A stretch of DNA of 60,959 bases, taken from positions 1 through 60,959 of the IMG/VR virus record IMGVR_UViG_3300021960_000075. One strand, 5' to 3'. The notes beneath the pieces are model-generated. The model was not told the DNA's origin. It searched no databases and worked only from the letters and a program-made list of their open reading frames with translations. Within the stretch, counting starts at the first letter, position 1, and each line of letters opens with the position of its first letter. This document shows, one piece after another, positions 6,935 to 16,273 of the stretch. Made by a program: the position numbers and the translations under genes. The DNA comes from a virus (lineage: Duplodnaviria > Caudoviricetes).

Positions 6935-9481
6935 ATGGCTGAAAATAAAAGTTTTTATAGAAGAGCAGTAGAATACCTCCAAGCTCCACCACAAAGAGTG
7001 AATAATACTTCAGGTGTAAAAAGAGGTTCATTAGATAAGTACGAACAAGTACAAAATTCTGTTTGGGGTTACAATACACAATCTGGTTACTTTCCACAAA
7101 AATTAATTGATGAACTTGGAGATGGCTTAGGTAATTCTGCTGTAGTCGCTTGTTTGAATGTGTTGGCAACTTCCTTTGCTGAGCCAATGCTTAAAGTTTA
7201 TAAAAAACAAGAAGGTGGAAAACTAGAACAAGATGCTCATCCACTTGAAGTCTTAATGCAAAGACCAAATGAATTTATTTCAGGCGGTGTTCTTTCTCAC
7301 TATATTGTTACTTCCTTATCAGCACACGGAGATGCTTTTTTACTAAAAGTTAAAAATAACAAAAATCAAGTTGTCCAATTAATTCCATTGATGCCTTCCT
7401 ATGTAAAAGTTAGAGGAAATGAAAAAGAATTAATTACACATTATGAATATCACGCTGTTCAAAGAAGAAATGATTTAAATCCTAACTTTATAGAGATACC
7501 TAGAGAAAATATGGTTCACATCCGTCAAGGTATGGACCCTGATGACCACAGAAGAGGTTTTTCGCCACTACGTTCTGTAATGAGAGAGCTAGCTGGTGAC
7601 GAAGCAGCAGGACAATTCGCTGTTGCTTTGTTACACAATATGGCAGTTCCGGGAGTTATTTTATCTCCTAAAGACGACACTATGGGTGGACCAAGTAGAG
7701 AAGAAGCAGAAGCTATAGCACAGTCTTTTAAATCTAAATTTTCAGGAGCTAACAGAGGTGCTCCAATGATTATGACAGGTGCTATGGATATTCAAGTTGT
7801 ATCGTTTACACCTGAGCAGTTAGACCTTAAAGGTTTAAGAAGATTGCCTGAAGAGAGAGTTTCTTCAGTTTTAGGTGTGCCCGCAATTCTCGCCGGACTC
7901 GGGGCTGGATTGGAAGCGGCAACCTACAACAACACTCGTGAATTAAGAGAGTTTTTTACGGAGCAAAAAATGATTCCTATGTGGTCTGCTGTAGCAGCTG
8001 AATTAACACATCAATTATTACATAGAGACTTTGTAAATAACGATTATGAATATTTTTGTGCTTATGACTTAGACCAAGTTAGAGCATTATCAGGTGACCG
8101 ACAAGAGCAAGTTAAAACTATGAACTCAGGAGTTCAGGGTGGATTTGTAACAATAGGAGAAGCGAGAAGGGCATTAGGACTAGACACTGATGAATCACAC
8201 GACGTATATTTACGACCATTGAATATGGTGGCTGTGCCAGAGGGTGAAACAGGAGTTGTGACCTTACCAAAGGAGCCTGACACCCCAGCACAACCATCAG
8301 ATGTTTCTGATGATAATAATGATGAAGAACAACCAATGGAAATTACTATTGATGAAAACGGCAAAGCTACATTAAATAGCGATAGTTTTAAACCTGAAAC
8401 TAACAGAAGTAAAAGAGTTGTTAGAAGAAAGAAAGAAGTTTCTATTGATTTAACAATGGAGTTTAAAGCTTCTGAAGGAGATTATCTCATAGATGATAAA
8501 GCACCAGCTATTTCAGCTCAAGTTAAAAAAGTTTTAGAAAAGAAAGTTAAAGACCACAATGCTTCTAATCCTAAATACAAAGCTAGTTATGGTATGTTAG
8601 CTACAGTATTTAAACGAGGTGTAGGTGCTTATCGTACAAATCCTTCATCAGTTAGAGGAAATGTTACAAGTGCTACTCAATGGGGTATTGCTAGAGTAAA
8701 TGCATTCTTAAAAGGACTTAAAGGTTCTTTCCCTAGAAAACCATTTGACCAAGATTTATTACCAAGTGGTCATCCATTAAGTTCAAAAAAAGGTATGAAG
8801 TTAGCTAGTGTAAAAGTTGGACAAACAGTTAGTTGGTCAATTAATAAAGACCCTGACCCACCTTCAATAGTTCACGGTGTAGTTGTTTCTGTTAATTCAG
8901 AGAAAAAAGAAGCAACTATGAATGTTTGGGCAATTATGGAAGATGGTTCTCATAAAAAAACAGATAGAAACGTAACAATGCCTTTTAGTAAACTAAAAGC
9001 TATTAAAGACTGGCGTGATGAAACTAAAGCTGCAAAAGATAAAATTACGAACTTTCCTTCATCAGGAGATAATCAAAAGATTAGTTTAAGTAATTCTAAG
9101 TTTAAACAATTTCCTGACCACGCTTATGTTAAAGATTTGAAAGAAAATTATCCAAGAATATGGAGAAGAGCTGGTACCGGTGGTAACCCTCCAACTTCTT
9201 TTACTGGAAATGATGCTTTCAGAAATTGGGCAAAATATAAATCAGGAGACAGAAGCCCAGCAGTTCTTGCTTGGGTAAAAAGAAGAGAAAGCTTTATGGC
9301 TCGACACGAAGGTAACACTCGTCTTAACGGTATTATTGCTGTTATGAAATGGGGAGGCGTTACTAAGTCAGGTGTTAGTGCTATGAAAAAAATCGTCAAT
9401 GAGCAAAAACAAAAAGAGCGAGATAGAGCAAAAAAAGCTAACGATATGATTAGCCCTGACAGTGACGATTTGACAGGTTAA
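6935..9481 (+). CDS. HK97-type portal protein with ~400-aa C-terminal accessory domains
   Basis: HPL..L..RPN, GFSPL, TIGEAR motifs in the first ~440 aa; follows terL. Confidence 0.9.
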   Translation: MAENKSFYRRAVEYLQAPPQRVNNTSGVKRGSLDKYEQVQNSVWGYNTQSGYFPQKLIDELGDGLGNSAVVACLNVLATSFAEPMLKVYKKQEGGKLEQDAHPLEVLMQRPNEFISGGVLSHYIVTSLSAHGDAFLLKVKNNKNQVVQLIPLMPSYVKVRGNEKELITHYEYHAVQRRNDLNPNFIEIPRENMVHIRQGMDPDDHRRGFSPLRSVMRELAGDEAAGQFAVALLHNMAVPGVILSPKDDTMGGPSREEAEAIAQSFKSKFSGANRGAPMIMTGAMDIQVVSFTPEQLDLKGLRRLPEERVSSVLGVPAILAGLGAGLEAATYNNTRELREFFTEQKMIPMWSAVAAELTHQLLHRDFVNNDYEYFCAYDLDQVRALSGDRQEQVKTMNSGVQGGFVTIGEARRALGLDTDESHDVYLRPLNMVAVPEGETGVVTLPKEPDTPAQPSDVSDDNNDEEQPMEITIDENGKATLNSDSFKPETNRSKRVVRRKKEVSIDLTMEFKASEGDYLIDDKAPAISAQVKKVLEKKVKDHNASNPKYKASYGMLATVFKRGVGAYRTNPSSVRGNVTSATQWGIARVNAFLKGLKGSFPRKPFDQDLLPSGHPLSSKKGMKLASVKVGQTVSWSINKDPDPPSIVHGVVVSVNSEKKEATMNVWAIMEDGSHKKTDRNVTMPFSKLKAIKDWRDETKAAKDKITNFPSSGDNQKISLSNSKFKQFPDHAYVKDLKENYPRIWRRAGTGGNPPTSFTGNDAFRNWAKYKSGDRSPAVLAWVKRRESFMARHEGNTRLNGIIAVMKWGGVTKSGVSAMKKIVNEQKQKERDRAKKANDMISPDSDDLTG

Positions 9482-9528
9482 AATAGTATATTATATAAGA
9501 AAGGTAATTTTTTTATAAGGCGAGTAAT

Positions 9529-10851
9529 ATGGATAAATTTAAAAAACAAATAGAATTTAAAACTGTAGACGACGAAAAAGGAAAAGTAGAAGCAGTTTTT
9601 TCAGTTTTCAACAATGTCGATACCGACGGTGATGTTGTTCTTCCGGGTTCAATAAAATCTGGATTCAAAGACAATCAAGTACCTATGGTGTTTGCTCACA
9701 AATGGGACCAACCAATTGGAAAAGGCGTTATACATTCAGATAACGAGAAAGCTACATTTAAAGGAAGTTTCTTTATGGAAACTGAGGCTGGTCGTGAAGC
9801 ATACCTATTAGCAAAAGAAATGGGTGACCTACAAGAATGGTCATTTGGTTTTAGAATCAATGATTATGAGTCCGGTAAGTTTAAAAAAGACGGAACCGAA
9901 GATGAAATTGATGTAAGATACCTAAAAGATTTAGAAGTCTATGAAGTTTCACCAGTACTCGTGGGTGCAAACAGAGAGACTTATACACTAGCTATTAAAT
10001 CAGGTGAAGATGCAATTTACGAAGCCTCAAATGTAGAAGAAAAAGCTGAAGTTCTTCCTGAAGTGTTTGACACAATTGAAGAAGCTGAAGCTAGAGCAAA
10101 AGAGTTAGGCTGTGAGGGACATCACAGTTACGAGCAAGACGGTAAAACTCTTTATATGCCTTGCAAATCACACGAAGATTTTGAAGAAGCTATGGGTAAA
10201 GAAGAGAATCAAGATAAAGATTCTAAATCTTCTGACCCAGAATGTGGATGCAATTGTGATTGTGGCTCTAAAGAAGAGTCAAAATCACAACACTGTTCTT
10301 ATGGCGATGACGGGAAATGTGCCAAAGAAATGGATGATGAAAAAAGTTTAGAGATTTCTGAAAAAGAATCCAGCTTGCAGGGAGTTCGATTTTCAGACGA
10401 GGTGAAGGATGTGCTTGCTGCATTAGAGAGCCTCATCGTAAGAGCGAAAGCAATTTCAATCTTACGTGAAAAAGATGGAAGGACAATATCGGAGAATGCT
10501 AGTTCTGCTCTTAGAGCAGTACAAGAGGATTTGAATGATGCTTGGAATGAGATAGATTCAATCCTTAGCGGTGATTCACCAGAGGAAGAGCCAGAAGAAG
10601 ATACTGAAGAAGTTCCAGTTGATGAAGCACCTGTTGAAGAAATTCAAGAGGAAGCAGAAATCGCTGAAGCTGAAGTTGAAGTTTCTGAGGAATCCGAAGT
10701 TGAAGTTATCGAAGAGGAAGAAGTAGAGGAAGTTGAAGAGGAAGAAGTCAATCTCGAAGAGGTAGACGCTGAATTTGAAGCTTTATTTGCTGACGCTCAA
10801 GAAAATATCGCTGAATCCTTAGTACTTGAACTAGACGACGAAGAAGTATAA
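9529..10851 (+). CDS. HK97-family prohead protease with inserts and acidic scaffold-like tail
   Basis: DTDGDVV.PG, H.W.QPIG, WSFGF, EVSPV.VGAN. Confidence 0.9.
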   Translation: MDKFKKQIEFKTVDDEKGKVEAVFSVFNNVDTDGDVVLPGSIKSGFKDNQVPMVFAHKWDQPIGKGVIHSDNEKATFKGSFFMETEAGREAYLLAKEMGDLQEWSFGFRINDYESGKFKKDGTEDEIDVRYLKDLEVYEVSPVLVGANRETYTLAIKSGEDAIYEASNVEEKAEVLPEVFDTIEEAEARAKELGCEGHHSYEQDGKTLYMPCKSHEDFEEAMGKEENQDKDSKSSDPECGCNCDCGSKEESKSQHCSYGDDGKCAKEMDDEKSLEISEKESSLQGVRFSDEVKDVLAALESLIVRAKAISILREKDGRTISENASSALRAVQEDLNDAWNEIDSILSGDSPEEEPEEDTEEVPVDEAPVEEIQEEAEIAEAEVEVSEESEVEVIEEEEVEEVEEEEVNLEEVDAEFEALFADAQENIAESLVLELDDEEV

Positions 10852-10884
10852 GCAAAAAAATATCTATATTGGAGATAAAAAATA

Positions 10885-12093
10885 ATGGCAAATTATAAAG
10901 AAGAAATTTCCAAGGTTAGAGCTCAGTTGAAAGAAGCTTTTGACTCTCAAGTAGATGGTAAATATACACCTGAAGCTAAAGAGAAAATCAAAGGTTTAAA
11001 TACTGAATTAGCAGGACTTATCGATAGCCAAAACTTAGAGAATTCAAAGTCTAAGAATGAAAAAGCTATGGAACAAGAAGTCTATGCATCTGAAACATCA
11101 CAAGCTGGACCAAAATCTGTTGGTCAAATGTTTGTTGAATCTGACGCCTACAAAGGCTACAGAGACAATGGTGTTAAAGGTGTAGATTCTGAAGTAGCTT
11201 TTAAAGCAACTTTAGGTGCTGGAACAACTGAACAATTTCCACCGGAAGTTCTAAGACAACCGGGAATCTTAGAGTACGCTCTTAGAGACCCAGACTCTGT
11301 CATTGGGCTTTTTGACCAAATTGATACAAACCAAAACTCATTTGCATATATGGAAGAAACAACCTTCACTAACGCTGCTGCAGAGCAAGCAGAAGAGGCA
11401 ACAACTGCTGAAGCTACATTAGACTTCACAGAACAAACTGCACCAATTAGAAAAGTTGGTGTCTTCTTGCCTGTTACTGAAGAACTTCTTGCTGATGTAT
11501 CTGGAATTCAAGGTTATGTCAATTCAAGATTAGCTGCAATGATGAAACTACGTTTGGACAGTCAATTACTTTCCGGAAACGGAACTGCACCAAACTTAGA
11601 AGGCGTATTAACAAAATCAGGAATCAATGCATTCGACTATACTGGCGGCCCTTATGGTGGCGAGTTAGGAAAAATTGGTCAAATCTATCAAGCAATCACT
11701 GAAATCAGAAAAGATGCTTTCGTAGAACCTGATGCAATTGTTATGCACCCATCAGACTGGTATGACATCGTTACATCCGTAACTGACATTACAACAAGTG
11801 GTTCTAAGAACCCATTGTTCGTAGTTGCAGGTGGATTCGGTGCTGATGCTGCTCCAAGAATTTGGGGACTCCCAGTCGTAGCTTCTACTGCAATTTCCGC
11901 AGGTACTGTACTTGTTGGTAAATTCGGTGGTGGCGAAGCTGCACACGTTGTAATGAGACAAGGTGTTGACTTAGCTGTATCTGACTCTCATAGTGACTTT
12001 TTCCTTAAAGGAAAATTAGCTATCAGAGCAACAATGAGACTTGGTCTTGTTGTTTACAGACAAGCTGCATTCTGTAAGATTACAAATATGTAA
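10885..12093 (+). CDS. Major capsid protein (HK97 fold)
   Basis: Position after protease; LLSGNGT.PNLEG, IVMHPSDW, RIWGLPVV, C-terminal R.G..V.R..AF. Confidence 0.92.
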   Translation: MANYKEEISKVRAQLKEAFDSQVDGKYTPEAKEKIKGLNTELAGLIDSQNLENSKSKNEKAMEQEVYASETSQAGPKSVGQMFVESDAYKGYRDNGVKGVDSEVAFKATLGAGTTEQFPPEVLRQPGILEYALRDPDSVIGLFDQIDTNQNSFAYMEETTFTNAAAEQAEEATTAEATLDFTEQTAPIRKVGVFLPVTEELLADVSGIQGYVNSRLAAMMKLRLDSQLLSGNGTAPNLEGVLTKSGINAFDYTGGPYGGELGKIGQIYQAITEIRKDAFVEPDAIVMHPSDWYDIVTSVTDITTSGSKNPLFVVAGGFGADAAPRIWGLPVVASTAISAGTVLVGKFGGGEAAHVVMRQGVDLAVSDSHSDFFLKGKLAIRATMRLGLVVYRQAAFCKITNM

Positions 12094-12104
12094 TTAAGTT
12101 CATT

Positions 12105-12132
12105 TATGTGGGGTAGGTAACTGCCCCACATA
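12105..12132 (+). terminator. Strong hairpin after capsid gene (terminator or mRNA-stabilising)
   Basis: TATGTGGGGTAG-GTAA-CTGCCCCACATA; no immediate U tract. Confidence 0.6.
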
Positions 12133-12163
12133 GAACTAAAAAAATTTTTTTAAAAGGAATAAA

Positions 12164-12412
12164 ATGGAATTTATAAAAGTAGAAACAGATATATGGCAAC
12201 TAGCTGACGGCAGCCTTTATGAAGGTGATGTTTCAGGCGTTAATGGTCAAGCTTCTAAAATTGCAAAAAAAGGTCACGAGTATAGTTCTGAGTATTTAGC
12301 AAAATATGGTTGGGGTGTTAAAAAAGAAGAAGCTGCTCCTAAGAAAAAAGCTGTTAAAAAAGACGCTGTAGAAGATAAAGCTGTTAAATCTGAAGACATA
12401 GAAGACAAGTAG
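12164..12412 (+). CDS. Small head-associated hypothetical protein
   Basis: Position after capsid gene; EDKA/EDK C-terminal repeats. Confidence 0.7.
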   Translation: MEFIKVETDIWQLADGSLYEGDVSGVNGQASKIAKKGHEYSSEYLAKYGWGVKKEEAAPKKKAVKKDAVEDKAVKSEDIEDK

Positions 12413-12421
12413 AGGTAGCCA

Positions 12422-13108
12422 ATGGCACTTTCAACTGTTTCTGATGTTCAATCTGCCATTGGAATAGATGTTTCTTCAGCTGATGAAACTTCTATAACAA
12501 ATATATTTATACCGGCAGCAGACGCAGCTATCAAAAATTATATTGGTTATGATTTAGAATACTCTGCTTCAATAACTGATACCTTTGATGGCAACAATGA
12601 AGAAGAACTATTTACTTCTGTTGCACCGATAGTAGCCATATCTTCTTTAACAGAAGATGAAGTTGCTTTAACAGAGGGTAATCAAGAACATTATGTAGCT
12701 TATAAAAAGCTAGGTAGATTAAGAAAAGTAAATAACAAAAGATGGTCTGATATAAGGTATCAAAACATCTCAGTTACTTATTCTGCTGGATATTCTGACT
12801 CCGAGTCAGGTGTAGAAGATGTTCCAAAAGATTTAAAACTTATTAGTGCTAGGGCTGCTGGTAGATTATTTGTTGCCGCTGCTGCACTATCATCTCAACA
12901 ATCAACTGGAGAAGTTAGCACTCATAGTGCTGATAATTCAACAGATTCTCAATTTCAATTAGTTACAGAAGAATCAATTGGAGATTATAAAGCTAAATAC
13001 GAGTCTGTAGTTGATTTAATGAATCAAGAAATACTAACAAAAGCCGATAAATCAATACTTTCTAAATACAAACGACAATACTTTACATCGGCTTCTATTC
13101 TCGACTAG
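12422..13108 (+). CDS. Head-tail adaptor (gp6/gp15-like)
   Basis: MAL.T..DV start, VTYSAGY...VP.DL, ESIGDY, L.KY.R end. Confidence 0.8.
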   Translation: MALSTVSDVQSAIGIDVSSADETSITNIFIPAADAAIKNYIGYDLEYSASITDTFDGNNEEELFTSVAPIVAISSLTEDEVALTEGNQEHYVAYKKLGRLRKVNNKRWSDIRYQNISVTYSAGYSDSESGVEDVPKDLKLISARAAGRLFVAAAALSSQQSTGEVSTHSADNSTDSQFQLVTEESIGDYKAKYESVVDLMNQEILTKADKSILSKYKRQYFTSASILD

Positions 13109-13117
13109 AATATAACT

Positions 13118-13312
13118 ATGGATGAGAATGAAATTAAATTTAATAAGGCACAACGCCAAGCGTATTTAAGGTCTATTGACTTAGATGCTTTAATTGAAGC
13201 AGTTTTAGAACAAATGAATTCTTTAAGAATGCAAAAAGTTAATTTAGTCAATGATATGGATGTTCTAGTTAACGATTATCTTAAGGTTTGTAAAAAACAC
13301 CCAATTAAGTAA
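13118..13312 (+). CDS. Hypothetical protein
   Basis: TAGAAT-6 nt-ATG leaderless start; coupled to next gene. Confidence 0.65.
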   Translation: MDENEIKFNKAQRQAYLRSIDLDALIEAVLEQMNSLRMQKVNLVNDMDVLVNDYLKVCKKHPIK

Positions 13313-13551
13313 TGGCTAGATACGACTACAAATGTTCCAAATGTGAACATATATTTGAAGTTCAACATTCTATTAATGAAGACCCAAAGGTAAAATGTGA
13401 AAAATGTAAAGCAATATCTATTAGACAAATTAGCGGTAGGGTTAATTTATATGGAACTGTTGGTATTGATTGGAATACTGACCCTAGCAAAGTTTCTCAA
13501 TCTATGAGAGACAAAGCTAAGGCAGCATCCAAACGTAAAGTTCAATTTTAA
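13312..13551 (+). CDS. FmdB-family zinc-ribbon protein
   Basis: M.RYDYKC.KC.H.FE...S..EDP...C.KC....R.IS. Confidence 0.85.
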   Translation: MARYDYKCSKCEHIFEVQHSINEDPKVKCEKCKAISIRQISGRVNLYGTVGIDWNTDPSKVSQSMRDKAKAASKRKVQF

Positions 13552-13835
13552 GGATTAAAGTAACCTAAAATCCCGTAACCACAAGTTCCTGCTTCAATAC
13601 CTGCAACTGTGCAGTCTTCAGGAATAATACTGTCATCGTGTTCATCGACTATTTCTCCGTTATACCAAAATATAACATCTGTAAATACTTCTCTGTGAAC
13701 ACAATTAGCAGGTGGTGTTGTTGGGTCTAAATCTTCACAGTAAATTTCTGTGTAGTTATCCCAATAGTAATTAGGCATAGAGCCAACATTGTTACCCCCA
13801 CCTAAAATCATTAATGCTACAACAAAGTGAAACAT
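13548..13835 (-). CDS. Hypothetical exported/membrane-anchored protein
   Basis: Hydrophobic N-terminus, four Cys; coupled to upstream gene. Confidence 0.6.
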   Translation of the reverse strand: MFHFVVALMILGGGNNVGSMPNYYWDNYTEIYCEDLDPTTPPANCVHREVFTDVIFWYNGEIVDEHDDSIIPEDCTVAGIEAGTCGYGILGYFNP

Positions 13836-14017
13836 TAGTATCCTTTCTCTCGTAATTTTGCTTGGTACTCAGGGTTACAGTTAGCACAAGTATCTATATC
13901 CCACATATCTTCTTCTGTCTGAAATGTTTCCATAAATCTTCCACCGCACATACCGCAGTCGAACCAAGACCACATTTCTTTTTTAGTCTTATATATCCTG
14001 TATAGGCTTCTTTCCAT
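13835..14017 (-). CDS. Small zinc-finger protein
   Basis: CGMC...CANC; start moved to the ATG at 14017 after GAGGG. Confidence 0.6.
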   Translation of the reverse strand: MERSLYRIYKTKKEMWSWFDCGMCGGRFMETFQTEEDMWDIDTCANCNPEYQAKLREKGY

Positions 14018-14174
14018 TTTCCCTCTCATCTAATTGTTGAATCTGTTCATCAGAAAGAAACCATTCAGGCGGAAAGCCTTCTCTTTTTTTCTCTCTTTCC
14101 CACTTCCAAAGTTCTAATTGATACATAGCTCTTTCAATAAATGTATCAAGTAGGTTATTTAACTTACTAAGCAT
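13989..14174 (-). CDS. Hypothetical protein
   Basis: AGGAG before ATG 14174 (track starts at 14291). Confidence 0.6.
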   Translation of the reverse strand: MLSKLNNLLDTFIERAMYQLELWKWEREKKREGFPPEWFLSDEQIQQLDERENGKKPIQDI

Positions 14175-14724
14175 TTTGCTCCTTTCTGTATTTGGAAATA
14201 TATTTCCAGTCTTTTTCCCAACACCATTTACTAGAGTTCCAATCACGCCATTGTGAACGACCGTAAATATCTTGAGATAGTAAATATCCAAACATAATGT
14301 TGTAATATTCGCTGTGTTGAACTTTTACAAATTCCATATTATATAAATCAATTGGTGTATCTTTAGGATGTCCATCGTAAGGATAACCTCTATAAGTCAT
14401 TACCCAAGTATCCCATCTAGGTAAGTCATACTCTTCTGCAATCCAATTCCAAGTCCAACTCACAAATTGAAATAAACCGGAGTCATTATTGCCTTCAGCA
14501 GTTCTTACTGCATCAGTATTACCTCTTGATTCACACCATATAACTTTTACTGCAGTAGATAGTTGCTTAGGGTCATCAAAGAAATATATTAAATGGTCAG
14601 CGTGTTCTCTTACATCACGAGATATAATAGAATCACACCATTTGTATTCTTCTAGATAATTTTGAGTTAGCAAAGCCTTTTGGGGTAAAGCTGTCGCTAG
14701 GAATATCAAACATTCAGCTATCAT
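14167..14724 (-). CDS. Lytic transglycosylase (SLT/lysozyme-like), probably exported
   Basis: VIWCESRG catalytic Glu, SGLFQF..TW motif, hydrophobic N-terminus. Confidence 0.85.
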   Translation of the reverse strand: MIAECLIFLATALPQKALLTQNYLEEYKWCDSIISRDVREHADHLIYFFDDPKQLSTAVKVIWCESRGNTDAVRTAEGNNDSGLFQFVSWTWNWIAEEYDLPRWDTWVMTYRGYPYDGHPKDTPIDLYNMEFVKVQHSEYYNIMFGYLLSQDIYGRSQWRDWNSSKWCWEKDWKYISKYRKEQNA

Positions 14725-14786
14725 ATAAACCTATCCTTTTCTTCATATAACTATTATATCATAGTTGATATGAATTTGCAAGGATT

Positions 14787-15002
14787 TTATATATTAATTG
14801 CTTCCTGTATTACTTTTTCTTCTGAAGAACCTGTTACCGAAGTGATATATTCGTTAACAAATTCACCGTATTTGTTCTGCATTTTCTTATAAATAGCTGC
14901 TTCGTAGCAGTTTGCTATAGTACTCCAGCTAACAATTACAGTTTTTTCGCCATATTTAAGCATTTTTTGATGCTCATCTGACGCAATTAACTCGGGTTTC
15001 AA
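14787..15002 (-). CDS. Hypothetical protein
   Basis: AGGAGG before TTG start; upstream TATAAT. Confidence 0.65.
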   Translation of the reverse strand: MKPELIASDEHQKMLKYGEKTVIVSWSTIANCYEAAIYKKMQNKYGEFVNEYITSVTGSSEEKVIQEAINI

Positions 15003-15085
15003 TTAAAAACCTCCTACTATTTGCTACTCTAATTATACTACATATTTCTGTATAGTGTGTAAAAAATAAAAAAAGTGATAAAATT

Positions 15086-15114
15086 TTGCATTATTTTACA
15101 ATGTGTGGTAAAAT
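15086..15114 (+). promoter_or_regulatory. Sigma70-type promoter with leaderless start, divergent from minus-strand cassette
   Basis: TTGCAT-17 nt-TAAAAT; ATG 15121 lies 6 nt downstream. Confidence 0.7.
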
Positions 15115-15120
15115 GGGTAT

Positions 15121-15864
15121 ATGAATAATGATACATTTAAACCGACTTTGGAACAAGCCGAGTTTTTATTCAAGAAGTTTCCTAATAAGACACTTCGCCA
15201 ATGGGCAGACGAATGGGATATGTCTCACGAAAATGTTCGTTTAATGAAGAAAAAACTAGGTCTTGCTACAAGAGGTAAAGTAGTGCCAACTGAGCAGGCA
15301 GACGAAATAATTGCTTACATTAAAGATGGTAAGGGAACTGTTAACACAGCTAGAACTTTTTCTAAATATAGTTTTGGTAAACAACGTTTTCTTAACTGGT
15401 TGGATGAAAATCCTGATTATAAAGCCAAAGTAGAAGAAGCTGAAGCTTTTGCTTATGATAAGAAACTTAATCCAACTCACAAAAGATGCATAGCTACTGG
15501 TGAATGGTTACCTATTTCTGAATTCTATAAAGACAGCCAAACATTAGATGGCTATTCTCGTAGAAGCAAGAAAGCTGTTAAAGCATCTGTGGCTAAATAC
15601 TATTATGGTAGAAATAATACTGAACCATTAGTTGATAAAAAAACTTGTTCAGCATTACCTGAATTAGGTGAATTACCAGCAAAGTATTTTCACAGAAATA
15701 GAAGACTAGCTTCAGGATTACAACAGTATTCTATTGCTTTTCAAACACCATACTCTAAATTTTTAAATTCAGAGGATGAGTCTGAAAGAAGCAATGCTTA
15801 CAACTTAGCTAAGCAAGAAGCTTTGGATTATTTTGCAAAAGAAGGATTTGTTCCTATAATATAA
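15121..15864 (+). CDS. Putative DNA-binding protein: N-terminal HTH plus two degenerate endonuclease-associated Zn-finger-like repeats
   Basis: TLRQWADEWDMSHENVRL (HTH); KRC..TGEWLP.SEFYK....DG and KTC...GELP..YF.....SG. Confidence 0.6.
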   Translation: MNNDTFKPTLEQAEFLFKKFPNKTLRQWADEWDMSHENVRLMKKKLGLATRGKVVPTEQADEIIAYIKDGKGTVNTARTFSKYSFGKQRFLNWLDENPDYKAKVEEAEAFAYDKKLNPTHKRCIATGEWLPISEFYKDSQTLDGYSRRSKKAVKASVAKYYYGRNNTEPLVDKKTCSALPELGELPAKYFHRNRRLASGLQQYSIAFQTPYSKFLNSEDESERSNAYNLAKQEALDYFAKEGFVPII

Positions 15865-15885
15865 TTGCAAAGGAAACCTTATCTT

Positions 15886-15914
15886 AAACCCCTCACCAAG
15901 TGAGGGGTTTTTTT
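15886..15914 (+). terminator. Intrinsic terminator
   Basis: AAACCCCTCAC-CAA-GTGAGGGGTTTTTTT. Confidence 0.85.
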
Positions 15915-15931
15915 ATTGGTATAATTAATTT

Positions 15932-16273
15932 ATGCCAAGAATACCAACATCCGTACTAAACGAATCAATAACGATTCAAAGACTATCAGGTTCTTCTGTA
16001 GATGACAGAGGACTATCAACTGCTACATTCTCAGATAATGAAACATCTGTTCAATGTAGAATCGTACACGAAAATGGAAATGAAACCGATTCAGAAGGTA
16101 GATTAGAAGTAAATGATATATTCCTAGTAACAGTTAGACCTGAAATTGATATAACTACCCAAGATAGAATTGTTTGGGATAGCCAATACTACGATGTAAA
16201 AATTATTAAAAATATTAAAGATAGATTTGGTAATATTTTTTACAAAGAAATTGAAATGCATAAAGGTTTCTAA
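15932..16273 (+). CDS. Head closure protein (SPP1 gp16-like)
   Basis: ITIQR...DDRG, DIT..DRI.W....Y.V pattern; size and position. Confidence 0.75.
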   Translation: MPRIPTSVLNESITIQRLSGSSVDDRGLSTATFSDNETSVQCRIVHENGNETDSEGRLEVNDIFLVTVRPEIDITTQDRIVWDSQYYDVKIIKNIKDRFGNIFYKEIEMHKGF

